64,000 bases of DNA from Malacoraja senta. Taxonomy: Eukaryota. The position numbers and the translations under genes were made by a program. Positions 25,760 through 38,339 of the stretch are shown piece after piece. The stretch lies in assembly GCA_038087875.1 (NCBI GenBank), contig CM075978.1, forward strand, positions 134,354,001 through 134,418,000, in the 5' to 3' direction. Each line of letters starts with the position of its first letter. Within the stretch, counting starts at the first letter, position 1. The notes under the pieces were generated by a model. That model saw nothing but the letters and a program-made list of their open reading frames with translations. It was not told where the DNA came from and did not search any database.

Positions 25760-27345
25760 ATAGTTCTGCAGTATATTTCATGCTTTTGATCAATCTGTAT
25801 CCTGCCCTCATTATAGAACTGCAGACCATTAGACTATCATAAACCTTTTAAATTTATGCATGGCTTAAGAACAAGATGTTAATCATTCTTGCTTTTAATA
25901 CCTGCTTCCTTCGCATTCCAACTCGTATTGAATGGATCCGAGGGCCGAATGGCCTGTTTCCACGGTGTATCTTTAAAGACTGGTGATTGTTCGTACATGG
26001 CACAAGTGTGGCGGACATCATCTGCTTTCCAGGCACATTTCCCCATGGTATGTTGAATAGTTCCTCGTGAGTCCAGCAGAGTCATGACTAGTCGTGTAGA
26101 CCAAATGAATCCTGCAATCAGCCAACTCCAGCCCAAAGTTTACAGGAAGCCTTGCTTCTACTACTAGCTCTCTGAGGGAGCAACGTATCTAGTGATCAAC
26201 GTGTTTAGTTTAGCATCATGTTCGTCACAGACCATGTGGGCAGAAGGGCCTGCTCCTCTGCTATATGGTTCTATGTGCTATACTTGTTCTTATTGTGGAT
26301 GGCACACACTCTGTGCAAGGATCCTGATCTGTCTTTCACTAAACAATATCCACTCAGACCCACTTGCATATGCTTGCCAGATAACTTTCTCTCCCAAGTT
26401 CCTATCCAATTCTCATTCAAACATTACATTTAAATTTATATTTACCATTTCACAACCCCTGTTCGGGTAGGAAAATATTCCCTTTTTTAATCAATCAACT
26501 TAAATCTGTGTCCTTGACCCTTCTGTCCAAAGCAACAGATTCCCTTTATTCACTTTGGCTAGGCCCTTGATTGAATACTTTTACTGATTTACCTGTTGGC
26601 ATCTTGGTGAAAAGGAGAACAGATCATGTCTATTGACGATACTGAATCCTTCATTCCTGGATCATTCTTCCAAATCTATTTTTCCGCTAACTCTTGAGTC
26701 TTCTCATCTTCCCTTCTGCACAGTGACCAGAATTGTGCACAATACTCTAGTGCACAAAACCAGTATTTTGTTTCAGTCTAGCTGCCGTGCTTTTATATTC
26801 TCTGCCCAATCACTGAGTTACTTGGTTCTAATCACTTTCTCAGTCTTTTCTGCCACTTCCACAGATTTATACGCATTGTTAAATTTTAGAATAGTTGTGG
26901 TGCAAGCCCAACCTGGTGGGAGAAAGCTTCAGAACCAGTTTATTCATTTATCACGAGAATGATATATCAATGTTAAACAAAGCAGACAGACAATCCAAAC
27001 AAGTACAGCATTAACAGATCAGGTCAGACCAAACAACAGGCAGTGGTGCATCAGCACATCGTCTGTGACAACTCTTGACCACCCTGACTTCTTCTAACCT
27101 GCTGGTTGATTCATTCTTCGCTTTCATCCAAAGCCCAGACAAATGCTGAAATATTTACACATCTCAACAATATAGTTCTGCAGTATACAGTGCCCTTTTG
27201 ATCAATCTGTATCCTGTCTTAATTATAGACCTGCAGACTATTAGACTACCATAAACCTTTAAAATTCATGCTTGGCTGAATAACAAGATGCTAATCATTC
27301 TTCTTGCTTTAAATACCTGCTTCCCTCACATTCCAATTTGTATTG
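25760..27345 (+). repeat. Diverged ~170-bp direct repeat (25760-25930 and 27172-27345)
   Basis: Both copies run ATAGTTCTGCAGTATA...TTGATCAATCTGTATCCTG...ATTAGACTA...AATACCTGCTTCC...GTATTG. Confidence 0.85.
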
Positions 27346-28397
27346 TAAAACTTATCAAAACTCTTCTTGTGAACAGAATGTCTTGAGAATGACACCCTCT
27401 ATCTCTTACTTTATGGTCCAATGATTTTCTTTTCATGTGAAATATTCCATGTTCACCCTGGCTTCCTCTTTCTTTTATTCACTGTGATTTGCTTACTGGT
27501 AGAGTTATTTGCACTTGCTACCATGTATGCATAATTACTTTGGGGCCAAGAACGCAATTTACATCTCCAAGCTCATATTCTCTCTTGTGAACAGCTGTTG
27601 TTGGTTTCTGGGACTGAGGTATATTATTAAAGTTTAGAAGCTTAGAAGAAACTGTTGCCTAGTTTTTGCTAGCTCTTAAGTTGGTTTCTATGTTGGCCAG
27701 ATCTGTCTATGGTATGGATTCCAGCAACATTTTGTAGCACAAGTCCATTGCTTATAATTATTGGCAGGAACTTTAAGGTACATCATAGGGACCTCATTAG
27801 TCCTAGTATTCATGGGGAGGATGATGCATTGTATTTTTAAATTGAGGGAAAATTGTCTTGGCTACCCAATCAGGTGAAGCTAAATGTGTAACAATCCCTC
27901 TACTGATAATGTAATGAACTTCACTCTATGTCCTACCTTCAGTGTCTCTTTCCTCTAACCTGTTTTGCTTCAAAATCTTTTGAACAGATTATCAGGTTCA
28001 CATCAATTGCTTCAATTGTGCCTAGATTCCTTAACACGCACCACACTGAAGTGTTCCAAACCAAAATTCGGTAACAGCAAACTATGGTTAAAATAACGTT
28101 GCAACATTCCCTCCCTGACTCTCTCTGATCACTTCAGTACAGATCACTTCAGCTTGCTTCATTCATTCCCTGAGCCTTTGAGACTATCCCCATCTTGCTG
28201 CTGGTTTTTCTCTTGTATTTGTCCTCAGACAATGGACTGTACACATGGGGTCACACTCCAAATAAACACCGAACACTACTCTTTGATCTCCTCCAAATAT
28301 AATGCAGTGCCTGACAATCTATCTTCAATTCCCTGCTAGTTATGGACTATTATGACCGAAGCCACCAAATATGATCTACCATCACGCTGTTAAGTTA

Positions 28398-29094
28398 ACG
28401 GCCTGTCCCACTTACGTGTCCTTGGCACGCAAATTACGTGACTTCGTCGTCGCGTTGAGGTGCACGGGCATCGTATGGCCGCGCGGGCCGGTCCCACTGA
28501 GAAGTGCGGAGGGGTATGTAGTTGTGCGCGACATCGCCTGGGGCTCTGAAATTTTTGTAGCAAACAAAATCTTCCCGCGCCAACGGCCTGTCGCGGAACC
28601 GACGGCCAAAGTGGGACAGGCCCAAGACCCTGGCGCGACGCAACGTCTCACCTTCAACAGCAGCAGTAGCAGGCAAACGATCGCCAAACGCTGCCTAGGG
28701 CTCACGGCCGTTGCGGTCCGGATCCGCCCCCCACTTCTACTCTCAGAGCAGGGCCAAGAAAATTGAAGATAGACACAAAATGCTGGAGTAACTCAGCGGG
28801 ACCGGCAGCATCTCTGGAGAGAAGCAATGGATGACGTTTCGGGTCAAGACCCTTCTTTTCAGACTGAAGAAGAGTCTCAACACGAAACATCATCCATTCC
28901 TTCTCTCCAGAGAAGCTGCCGATCCCGCTGAGTTACTCCGGCATTTTGTGTCCATCTTCAAATGAAGTCACGCACTCCAGACGGCTGTGCGGATGAATGA
29001 AGTCGCGCGCGACCTTCGCGGGACCGTCGCGCCTCAATGCGACCACGAGGTCGCGTAATTAGTGTGCCAAGGACACGTAAGTGGGACAGGGGCT
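28398..29094. mobile_element. PIF/Harbinger-type MITE carrying a nested palindromic hammerhead-motif element (28763-28961)
   Basis: ~58-bp imperfect TIR (..CCTGTCCCACTTACGTGTCCTTGGCAC..). TTA duplication at 28395-97 and 29095-97. Confidence 0.85.
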
Positions 29095-29685
29095 TTACAC
29101 TATTTTAGGTTTGGCTCAGATTGGGGCTAAAATAATTCTTGGCTTCAATGGTCACGGTTTTTTGGCAAGTGGACTTCTTCTGGGTGGAGTGGTTGGGGAG
29201 AGTTGGTATTTGCTTAATAATATATAGAACTTCTGTGTGTAAACCAAAGTTAATTAATTGCATCCTCGACCATTAATCATTTGCAATGTACTCTGTAGAT
29301 ATGTAGTCATTTTACTTGACTGTTTGGAACGTCTTTTTTTGGTTATTCTGACATTTAATTTCAGTGGCATCAGCAATTCCTTTAAATGTGTGTATGTTTA
29401 ACAAAGTGCTTCTATGACTGACAAGTAATAGCTATATGAACAGCATAAGAAATATTAAGCCTAACAGATTCAGCAAATTATATGTTTGCCAAATTTTGAG
29501 TCATCAAATATTTTAGCACTTGTTCTATATTCTGGAAGTGAGTGTTCTCTTATCATTGTGCATGATTTTATTCCAAAAATTCAGCCTCGTTTTCTTACCC
29601 ATCCACTGTTACTTCTCATTCTCTCCCTACTGACCCCCTGTTTCTCTACTTCCCATTCACCCCCAGTACTACCCCTCTCCATCAG

Positions 29686-30035
29686 TGATCTTGTGGAGGT
29701 TTATGAAATCATGAGGTGAATTGATAGAGGGAATACACATTCATTCATCCAGAGTAGGAGAATCAGGAACCAGAGGACATAGGTTTAAGGTGAGAGGGGA
29801 AAGATTTAATAGGAACCTGAGGGTCAACTTTTTCACTCAGAGGTTGGTGAGTATATGGAACGAGCTGCCGGAGATGGTTGTTGATGCAGGCACTACAATG
29901 ACATTTTAAAAAGATTTGGGCAGGTTTGTGGGTAGGAAAGGTTTAGAGGGATATGGGCCAAACATGGGCAAGTGGGACTAGCGTAGATGGGGTACCTTGA
30001 TCGGCATATACAAGTTGGACCAAAGGGCCTGTTTA
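29686..30035 (+). mobile_element. CR1 LINE 3' fragment
   Basis: ORF 29721..29909 contains TRGHRFKVRGERF...FFTQRLVSIWNELP. Confidence 0.88.
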
Positions 30036-30550
30036 TGTCCTGTCTCCTTTCATTCTTTATCTCCACGATTACTTGCACACACTCACTGATACTCAGATTG
30101 GGAGCTTTACTGTAGGAAGCAGAATATAATTTATAGCAGGATATTTTATATATTTGCATCTGGACAGGATTCGCTGATCATCTGTCCTTTTCTTTCGTGT
30201 GGGGTGTGTGTGTGTGTGTATATATGCCTTGGTAATTTGCAATGATACAGAGCCATGGTGTTTGTTGCAATGAATATAGCTTTACTTTAACTACCAGTAT
30301 AACAAACTGGCATTACTTTCCATGGCTGTACCTTGGAATATAACAGTTCAGCAGAGGTTTGTTGGGTTAGAGGGATGGCATCTTACCTCAGGCATTGAAT
30401 ACATTTTTGTCCTGCTTTGCTGTGTGCTGCAAATGTTTCTACTGCTTCTAATTTGAAAGGTTTGATGCATTGCTGTGATCTTTGAATGATGCTTATGTGC
30501 CATATTAACATAGAAACATTATTTGTATATGTATGGTGTTTGTGTCTTTG

Positions 30551-31349
30551 GATACATAGATACATAGATACATAGAAAATAGGTGCAGGAGTAGGCCATT
30601 CGGCCCTTCGAGCCTGCACCACCATTCAATATGATCATGGCTGATCATCCAACTCAGTATCCCGTACCTGCCTTCTCTCCATACCCCCTGATCCCCTTAG
30701 CCACAAGGGCCACATCTAACTCCTCTTAAATATAGCCAATGAACTGGCCTCAACTACCCTCTGTGGCAGAGAGTTCCAGAGATTCACCACTCTCTGTGTG
30801 AAAACGTTTTTCCTCATCTCGGTCTTAAAGGATTTCCCCTTATCCTTAAGCTGTGACCCCTTGTCCTGCACTTCCCAACATCGGGAACAATCTTCCTGCA
30901 TCTAGCCTGCCCAACCCCATAAGAATTTTGTACGTTTCTATAAGATCCCCTCTCAATCTCCTAAATTCTAGCGAGTATAAGCCAAGTCTATCCAGTCTTT
31001 CTTCATATGAAAGTCCTGACATCCCAGGAATCAGTCTGGTGAACCTTCTCTGCACTCCCTCTATGGCTATAATGTCCTTCCTCAGATTTGGAGACCAAAA
31101 CTGTACGCAATACTCCAGGTGTGGTCTCACCAAGACCCTGTACCAACTGCAGTAGAACCTCCCTGCTCCTATACTCAAATCCTCTTGCTATGAAAGCCAA
31201 CATACCATTCCGTTTCTTCACTGCCTGCTGCACCTGCATGCCTACTTTCAATGACTGGTGTAGCCATGACACCCAGGTCTCGCTGCATCTCCCCATTTCC
31301 TAATCGGCCACCATTTAGATAATAGTCTGCCTTCCCGTTTTTGCCACCA
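30551..31349 (-). mobile_element. CR1 LINE 3' fragment with octamer microsatellite tail
   Basis: [15 protein letters not shown]...[12 protein letters not shown]; (CATAGATA)n tail at ~30551-30576. Confidence 0.92.
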
Positions 31350-31472
31350 TGTATCTCACCCTATAGATTACTCCATTTATTACTTGCGAAGTCTCCGAGG
31401 TTATTGTAATTGGACTATTGCCTCCCTCAGTTGCTGTAATGAAAAGATTGTCCCTTCTATTGCACTATTGCA

Positions 31473-31718
31473 GTATTCTAAGATGGCGCCCACGCCAGGT
31501 GATCCTCTGCGTGCTGGTCCCAGAAGTGGATCTGCCATAATTCATGACAATCGCTCCACTCTTTCAAAACTCTACTCCACCAGCAGGTTCCCTTTATCCT
31601 GTATCTCTGTACACTGTGGACGGCTAGACTATACTAATCACGTATAGTCTTTCCGCTGACTGTAAAGCATGCAACAAAAGCTTTTCACTGTACCTCGGTA
31701 CACGTGACGATAAACAAA
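31473..31718 (+). mobile_element. Short non-autonomous retroelement with a Rex1-type 3' tail and 9-bp TSD
   Basis: Starts GTATTCTAAGATGGCGCC and ends AGCTTTTCACTGTACCTCGGTACACGTGACGATAAAC. ACTATTGCA at 31464-72 and 31719-27. Confidence 0.7.
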
Positions 31719-32627
31719 ACTATTGCAATACCATCTTCAACTCTGACCTACCCCTTGGCTCTTATAAAACGTTTTCTCAAATGAGCAGATGATCAAGTGG
31801 CAGTCACAATTTTTTTTTTTAAACTTCTCTTCCTTTCAAATGATATATTGGTTATTTTGGATGTTGCCTCTGTTACTGTTCCCCACAAGAAACAGCCACT
31901 TAACAAAGATGAACACTGGCAGGAGAGCTCGGCCGGCAGTAGCTTCTCCCTTGCTTTGACCTACCCCAAAGCCTTCATAATTAATCGTCCTTCAGAGATG
32001 GGAAGAAGTTCAAAGGCGGAATGTGGTGATGTCTATTGTCTGACATTCAGTTCCCCTCACCCACAGCTTTGTCAGCTTAGTTCTTTTTTCATTCCAGAGA
32101 GGGTTATCAATTTTAGCAAAGACTGGGCTCTTCAAACAACTGCTGGGGGTCACAGCCTATGGTGAAACATGTATTCCCACCAACAATAACGTTGAACTGC
32201 AGAAGCCAATAGATCAAAAGCAAAGGTGTGTGAGCAAGCTGAGTAAAAAGGAAACCTATACTGACAAAGCGCAAATTATTCCGTGAATAACCTTTAGAGT
32301 TTTTATGCCTACATGTAATAGACCTTTCAAATTCTACATGACACAGATTAGTGCTTTCTAAATGTCACACAAATAATCAATCAAAGAGAACTTCTTACGG
32401 TATTTTTCAATATTCTTTTATCCGTTTTGCGTTAAGGTTACCAGTGGTATTTGGAGCTGCAGCTACTAACCTAAGACGGCAAATGGCCTGCTGCAGAGGG
32501 CAGCTCATAGGAGCATTGTTGCATTGTATCTAATTCATTCTGACCACAGACTGGATGCAGTAATAACAGTTGTTTACAATCAGCATATTCTGCTGTTTTT
32601 TGTCATTAGTTGACAATGTTCTGGTAC

Positions 32628-33135
32628 TATCTCTCTCACCTCGCTCTCCCTTGTCTCTCGCCTCACTCCCTCTCTTGCCTCTCTCCCGCCTCACTTTCTC
32701 TCACCTCACTCTCTTTCCTCTCTCCCGCTTCACTACCTCTCTCTTGCCTTNNNNNNNNNNNNNNNNNNNNNNNNNNNNNNNNNNNNNNNNNNNNNNNNNN
32801 NNNNNNNNNNNNNNNNNNNNNNNNNNNNNNNNNNNNNNNNNNNNNNNNNNNNNNNNNNNNNNNNNNNNNNNNNNNNNNNNNNNNNNNNNNNNNNNNNNNN
32901 NNNNNNNNNNNNNNNNNNNNNNNNNNNNNNNNNNNNNNNNNNNNNNNNNNNNNNNNNNNNNNNNNNNNNNNNNNNNNNNNNNNTCACTCTTTCACTCTCA
33001 CAGTCTCTCCTCACACCCCACTCTCTCACCCCCTCTGCCCCAATCTCTCTCGCCCCTTCATGCCCCTCTCTCTCACTCTCTCTCCCTGTCTCATGCCTCA
33101 GTCTCTTGCCTCAGTGTCTTGCTTTCTTTCTCCCA
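32628..33135. repeat. CT-rich low-complexity tract with assembly gap (N 32751-32983)
   Basis: Directly visible. Confidence 0.9.
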
Positions 33136-34251
33136 CATTCTCATCTTCACCACCAACATTTTCATCGGGAATTGGATAAATACCTAAAGGCGAAAATAAA
33201 TTGCAGAGTTACAGGGAAAGGGCAGGGGAATTTGACTAATTGGATAGCCATTACAAAGGGGTTGGCAGAGCTATGATGGTCAAAGTGCTCCCTATTAATT
33301 TTCTATGAACTAACTGCTACAAAGTTATCACAATGAAAATAATTGGTAAAAGAAAATCATTCATCTAGTACTGTGTGATATGTTTTGAATTGTGTTAGTG
33401 CTCAAAAAAACGTCTCCATGTAGTATCCATCATTTCGTTTCCATAGGCTACAGATTTTTGGACCGCTCTCAGAACTGTCTTTACCCCTTTCAAAATTGTA
33501 TTTTTCAAATTATTACAGAAATATATCTGTGTTCTTATGGAACATTTTTCTATTATGTGTCAAGATAAAGCTCTTATTGTGGTTCTCCATCCTCATTCTA
33601 ACAACGTTCCATGCAAAGAAACCTTGTGGGCCAGTATAAGCTACTTTGAACATGTGGCATTGGACTCGAGGTGAGATCAATTGTGGCGAGTGTCTACTCT
33701 TCTTCTTATCGAGTCCACACACAAGATTAGAAGTTGTTCAGCCAGAGCTGAACACACTTCTCGGCATCTGCATACAATGGTGTCTGTCTTGTTGCTTCTT
33801 GTGCGTGGTGGTGGAAAGATTGGTGGAAACAGGGTTGTGACGTGAACGCTCTTTCCTTGACCCCAGTGTATACTCTGAGCAAAGCAAACGGGTTCCTTGA
33901 AGATCTTCACAATGCTTGCTTTGGTGTGCCTTGGTATTACATTTACATGTAATGAATGTAATAGCAAGGCACACCAAAACATTTAGATTTGCTCATAGTT
34001 GGATTCCCATCTTTCACAACGTTGCAGATAATACAAAATCATGATGTGTCATTGCTCAGGCCAGACTGAAGCCACCATTCTAGAGATGTCCAGTGCTTTA
34101 CAATTTCTGCTTTAAAAACATTTAGTTCTATTATTTTAACATGCAGAGAGGACACAGGATAATAGTTGTCTATCAAATTAATGTGATGCTTAATCGTGTT
34201 TGGAGATTATTTTTGGAAAATAATTCGATAATGTTAGTTCTGACAACTCAA

Positions 34252-34500
34252 ATAGGTTTAAGGTGAAGGGGAAAAGATTTAATAGGAATCTGAGGGGTAA
34301 CTTTTAACACAAAAGGTGGTGGGTGTATGCAATAAGCTGCCAGATGAGGTAGTTGAGGCAGGGACTATCGCAACGTTTAAGAAACAATTAGACAGGTACA
34401 TGGATAGGACAGTGGGGCAAACGCAGTGCAGCTGGGACATGATGGGTGGTGTGGGCAAGATGGGCCAAAGGGCCTGTTTCCACACTGTATGACTGACTCT
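34252..34500 (+). mobile_element. CR1 LINE 3' fragment
   Basis: ATAGGTTTAAGGTGAAGGGGAAAAGATTTAATAGGAATCTGAGG...GGGCCTGTTTCCACACTGTATGACT. Confidence 0.85.
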
Positions 34501-35270
34501 AAATACAAAATCAAGGCCTGACATAGCCACCATGGCCTCAAATCACATTAATTCCCTAAAGAGTATTGTGGCAATGAATTGTACATGAAACATTTCTTGA
34601 ATCATTTGTATTGGTGCTATAAAATGCTTCACCCAATTATAAACACAACTACAGCATTAAAAGAAAATGGTTACCATGGTCTATTGTGGCTGTGAAAGGT
34701 CTTGGAATCTGCCAGTTGCCAGCTTTTAGTTTTAGATTTTTCTTTTCATATTATGGTTTTTCAATGATTGGTGAAAATGGGTATAGGTATGCTGAGTGCA
34801 GACATTCATAATATAAAGGTGTTGATATTCTCACACTAGAATTACACCAATTCTTTCAATGGAAATCTGCATATAACAGGTATATTTGAGGGGGAAAAAA
34901 TGTAGATGCATATTTCACTTGCATATTGTCTGCGCTTTCGATTTCCTTTTTCCCCCCAAGTTCCCGTATTTTAAAATAACAAGTTATTATGTGCGCAAGT
35001 GCGGTGAAGTATAGGTACAATTTAAAAACTTGCTCGCAACACTATCTCAGGCAAATAAACTCGGATAAACACACAAAAACATAAATCATTCATAAATTGC
35101 ACACACACTTTTCAAGAAGAAGACTGTGCAAAAATAAAACAAAACATTCGTACAAAGCACAATGAGAGACAATGGTAGTATGAGAGGTGGTTCCCAATGT
35201 TCTGTTGTCAAAGTGGATGAGGGTTATGCAGTTGGTTCAAGAGTTTTCGGAAAATGGCTGTCCCTGAACT

Positions 35271-35576
35271 TTGTTTAGTTTATAGATACAACGCAGAAAC
35301 AGGCCCTTTGGCCCACATAGTCCGCGCCAACCAGCGATTCCCGCATACTTGCACTAACCTACACACTAGGGACAATTTACAATTATATCAAGCCAATTAA
35401 CGTACAAACTTGTATGACTTTGGAGTGTGGGAGGAAGCCAGAGATCCCGGAGAAAACCCACGCAGGTCACGGGGAGAACGTACAACCCCCATACAGAGAG
35501 CACCCGTAGTCAGGATTGAACCCGGGCCCCTGGCACTGTAAGGTAGCAACTCTACCGCTGCGCCACTGTGCCGCCC
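35271..35576 (-). mobile_element. HE1/V-SINE-like SINE
   Basis: Full-length copy of the same SINE family. Confidence 0.87.
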
Positions 35577-35831
35577 TAGTGATGTGTGACTTCATGTGTC
35601 TGTACCTCTTGCCTGATGGTACCAAGCAAGAAGAGAGCATGACCTGGATGGCAGGATGATAGATGCCACCTACTTGAGGCAGTGCTTCATAGATGCCTTT
35701 GGTGGGGAAGACTGCAGCCATGCGGGAAAGGGTAGAGTCCACCGCTCTCTGCAGCCTCTTGTGTTTCTGCACGTTAGAATTTCTATACCAGGCCATTATG
35801 CATCCAATCAGGATATATTGTAGCATAAGTA

Positions 35832-36290
35832 GAAGATAGACGCAAAAAGCTGGAGTAACTCAGCAGGGGCAGGCAGAGAAGGAATTTTGGGTCAAGACCC
35901 TTCTTTAGACTATAGATATAGACGATGGCGTAGAGAGATATAGAACAATGAATAAAATGTAATGATGATAAAAGAAACAGGCCACTGTTTACTGTTTGTT
36001 GGGTGAAAATGAGAAGCTGGTGCGACTTGGGTGGTTGAGGGATGGAGAGAGAGGGAATGCCGGGGTTACCTGGTGAGAAATCAATATTCATACCACTGGA
36101 TTGTAAGCTGCCCAAGTGAAATATGAGATGCTGTTCCTCCAATTTGCGTTTAGCCTCATTCTGACAATGGAGGAGGCCTAGGACAGAAAGGTCATGTGGG
36201 ACTAGGAAGGAGAATTAAAGTGTTTAGCAACCGGGAGATCAGGTAGGTCAAGACGGACTGAGCGAAGGTGTTCAGTAAACACCTTCGCTC
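35832..36290 (-). mobile_element. Penelope-like element 3' end (GIY-YIG endonuclease C-terminus, UTR and hammerhead-motif terminus)
   Basis: The minus strand reads HLRSVRLDLPDLPVAKHFNSPS*..DLSVLGLLHCQNEAKRKLEEQHLIFHLGSLQSSGMNIDFS, then CTAAAGAAGGGTCTTGACCCAAAA and the family tail. Confidence 0.85.
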
Positions 36291-38339
36291 ATTCTGCCTG
36301 GATCTGCCATATCCATATTTGTTTGATTATTTGTTGCCATGCCAAATCTTTTAAACTTCTAAGAAAGTAGAGGTGCTGGCGTGCCGCCTTGGTGATTACA
36401 TCTGTGTGCTGGGCCCAGGGCAGGTTACCCAAGATATTAACACCTTAATTTGAAGATGATTACTCTCCCCACCACCAATCCAGCAATGAAAACAGACGCA
36501 TAGTCTCTCAAATTCCCCCTTCTGAAGACAACTCATTACACCCATGATTCGGGCAACCACAGGCATAATCAGTGAATGTATAAATGGCATTGGAGCTATG
36601 CATAGCCACATGGGTGGGTGTAAAGAGAGTGAAGCAGGGGGATAAGCAAACAGCCTTGAGGGGTACATGCGTTGATGATCAGTGAAGAGGAGATGATAAA
36701 TCATAGAGATTTTAATGACATTTATATGTTCTGTGAATCGGTAAGAAAATTATCTTTGTATTGCTATTAAAGTAAAGGATAATTCTGAGATTATTACATC
36801 TCTGATGGTCTTTGCCTCTCCCGATATCACTGGGTTCTCTAGGGTGAAGTATGATATTTATATTTGCAGTGTTCAACAGCAAACAATAATTCACATTTGG
36901 AAGAATGCCTGCATTAAAAACAAGATCCAAGTAAATGATATGTAGTTTTCCACCCATCATACTGCAGCTCGTGTTGTACAATTCTGCGATTAATCCATGT
37001 GTTTACTGCAACTTTATTCTTTGTTCTAATAGAAGAAGCCACAGCTGGTAAATGCAATATTTCATTTGGGTCAATAAAAAAACCCACTTGTTGTGTTATG
37101 TTTCCTGAGGCACTCTGAATGGAATTGAGGCAAAGTTATCAATCAAACAATACACTTTTTACTTTGTCTTTCCTTCATTTATTCACAGATACACCATAAA
37201 ATGTGTGTGTTCTATCTGGCAGTGCATGCATATACATGAAACTTTGTGAAAATAGAGGTAACTGCTGTCGATTTGATAATGCAAAAGGACTCATGAAAAA
37301 TTGAAACTGTTCTTATGAATCTTTAATTAGAAGCAATGAAAAGGGAACTAGTGGAGCCAAATGCTTTGTAACAATCACTCCTCATTGGTTACTTGCTATT
37401 ATTCTTCCACCTTCACAAGCGCACAATTACTTAAAGCTGACAAAAGTCACTTGAGGCTCAGACAGCTGTAGTGACACAAACACCTCTGCCACACAGAAAG
37501 CCTGTTGGCAAGTAATTAGTGCCACTTGAAAAGAGTTCTCTTTTCAGTTTTTATTTGTGTCTAATCCACTGCTTAACTCCTGTACTTGAACCTCAGTTTT
37601 AGTTTTCTTGTTCATAAGTATCTTTGATTCAGCCTCTCCCTGCTGCTCAACTCTTTCCCACTAGAGATACCAATCTTGCAGTGTGTATACAGAACCTCGG
37701 AAGGATTTGCTTTCATTTTTTTTTGTCTCCCATGTCACCTTGTATGCAGTCTGGTCTGTGACACTGATGGTGATTATGTCATTATTTTGCTCAAGGGGGC
37801 TTTGACACATCTGCAAAGCTGCTGCACATCTTCTTCCAGCACTGGCATACGGCCCACATCCCCGATGCTTCATTAGTCATCGCTGCCTGGCCCTCGCCAG
37901 ACAAAGCGGCCGGCTCCGAGCTGCCTCCCCTCTGCATTGTCCATGCTGTGCCCCTTGTCAGCGCCTGTGATTGGTTTATTCATGTACCTCCTTTCCTTGT
38001 TCTCGCTCCATGTTCCAGATGTCCTGATTTCTGCCTGCATAAGCACAGCCTCACACAATAAAAACAAGGTGACTTCTTAACCCATTGATTTCACTGTGAC
38101 CAAAAATGACCTTGCCCACTCGCGAACCAGAATTTAAAAATGTTCACAGTTTAGGGACTGCTAGTATATTGCACTGTTTTGTTTTGCTTTGTGGAGATGT
38201 TGAATATGTGTGCGTGGGAAAGGGGTGGAGGGAAGGAGGGTGGGTGGGGGGGGGGGGGGGGTCACTTGCCTGTTCGCAGACAGAATTTGACCATGTGACA
38301 CTTGTTCATGCATTAATTGTTTTGAAATCTGAGCAGAAC

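Larger units (their letters stand above)
34983..36700 (-). mobile_element. Rex1/Babar-type LINE 3' fragment hosting a nested SINE and a Penelope fragment
   Basis: ORF 35467..35826(-) reads ILIGCIMAWY...KRLQRAV...PSGKRYR. LINE-like sequence resumes after ~36290. Confidence 0.6.

Noticed and set aside
28371-28766. GC-rich ORFs suggesting foreign or bacterial DNA
   Set aside because: They lie inside a MITE with TIRs and a TSD, and no protein motif is recognisable.
32751-32983. ORFs spanning N runs (also 19999-20128)
   Set aside because: Assembly gaps; the X stretches create artificial ORFs.
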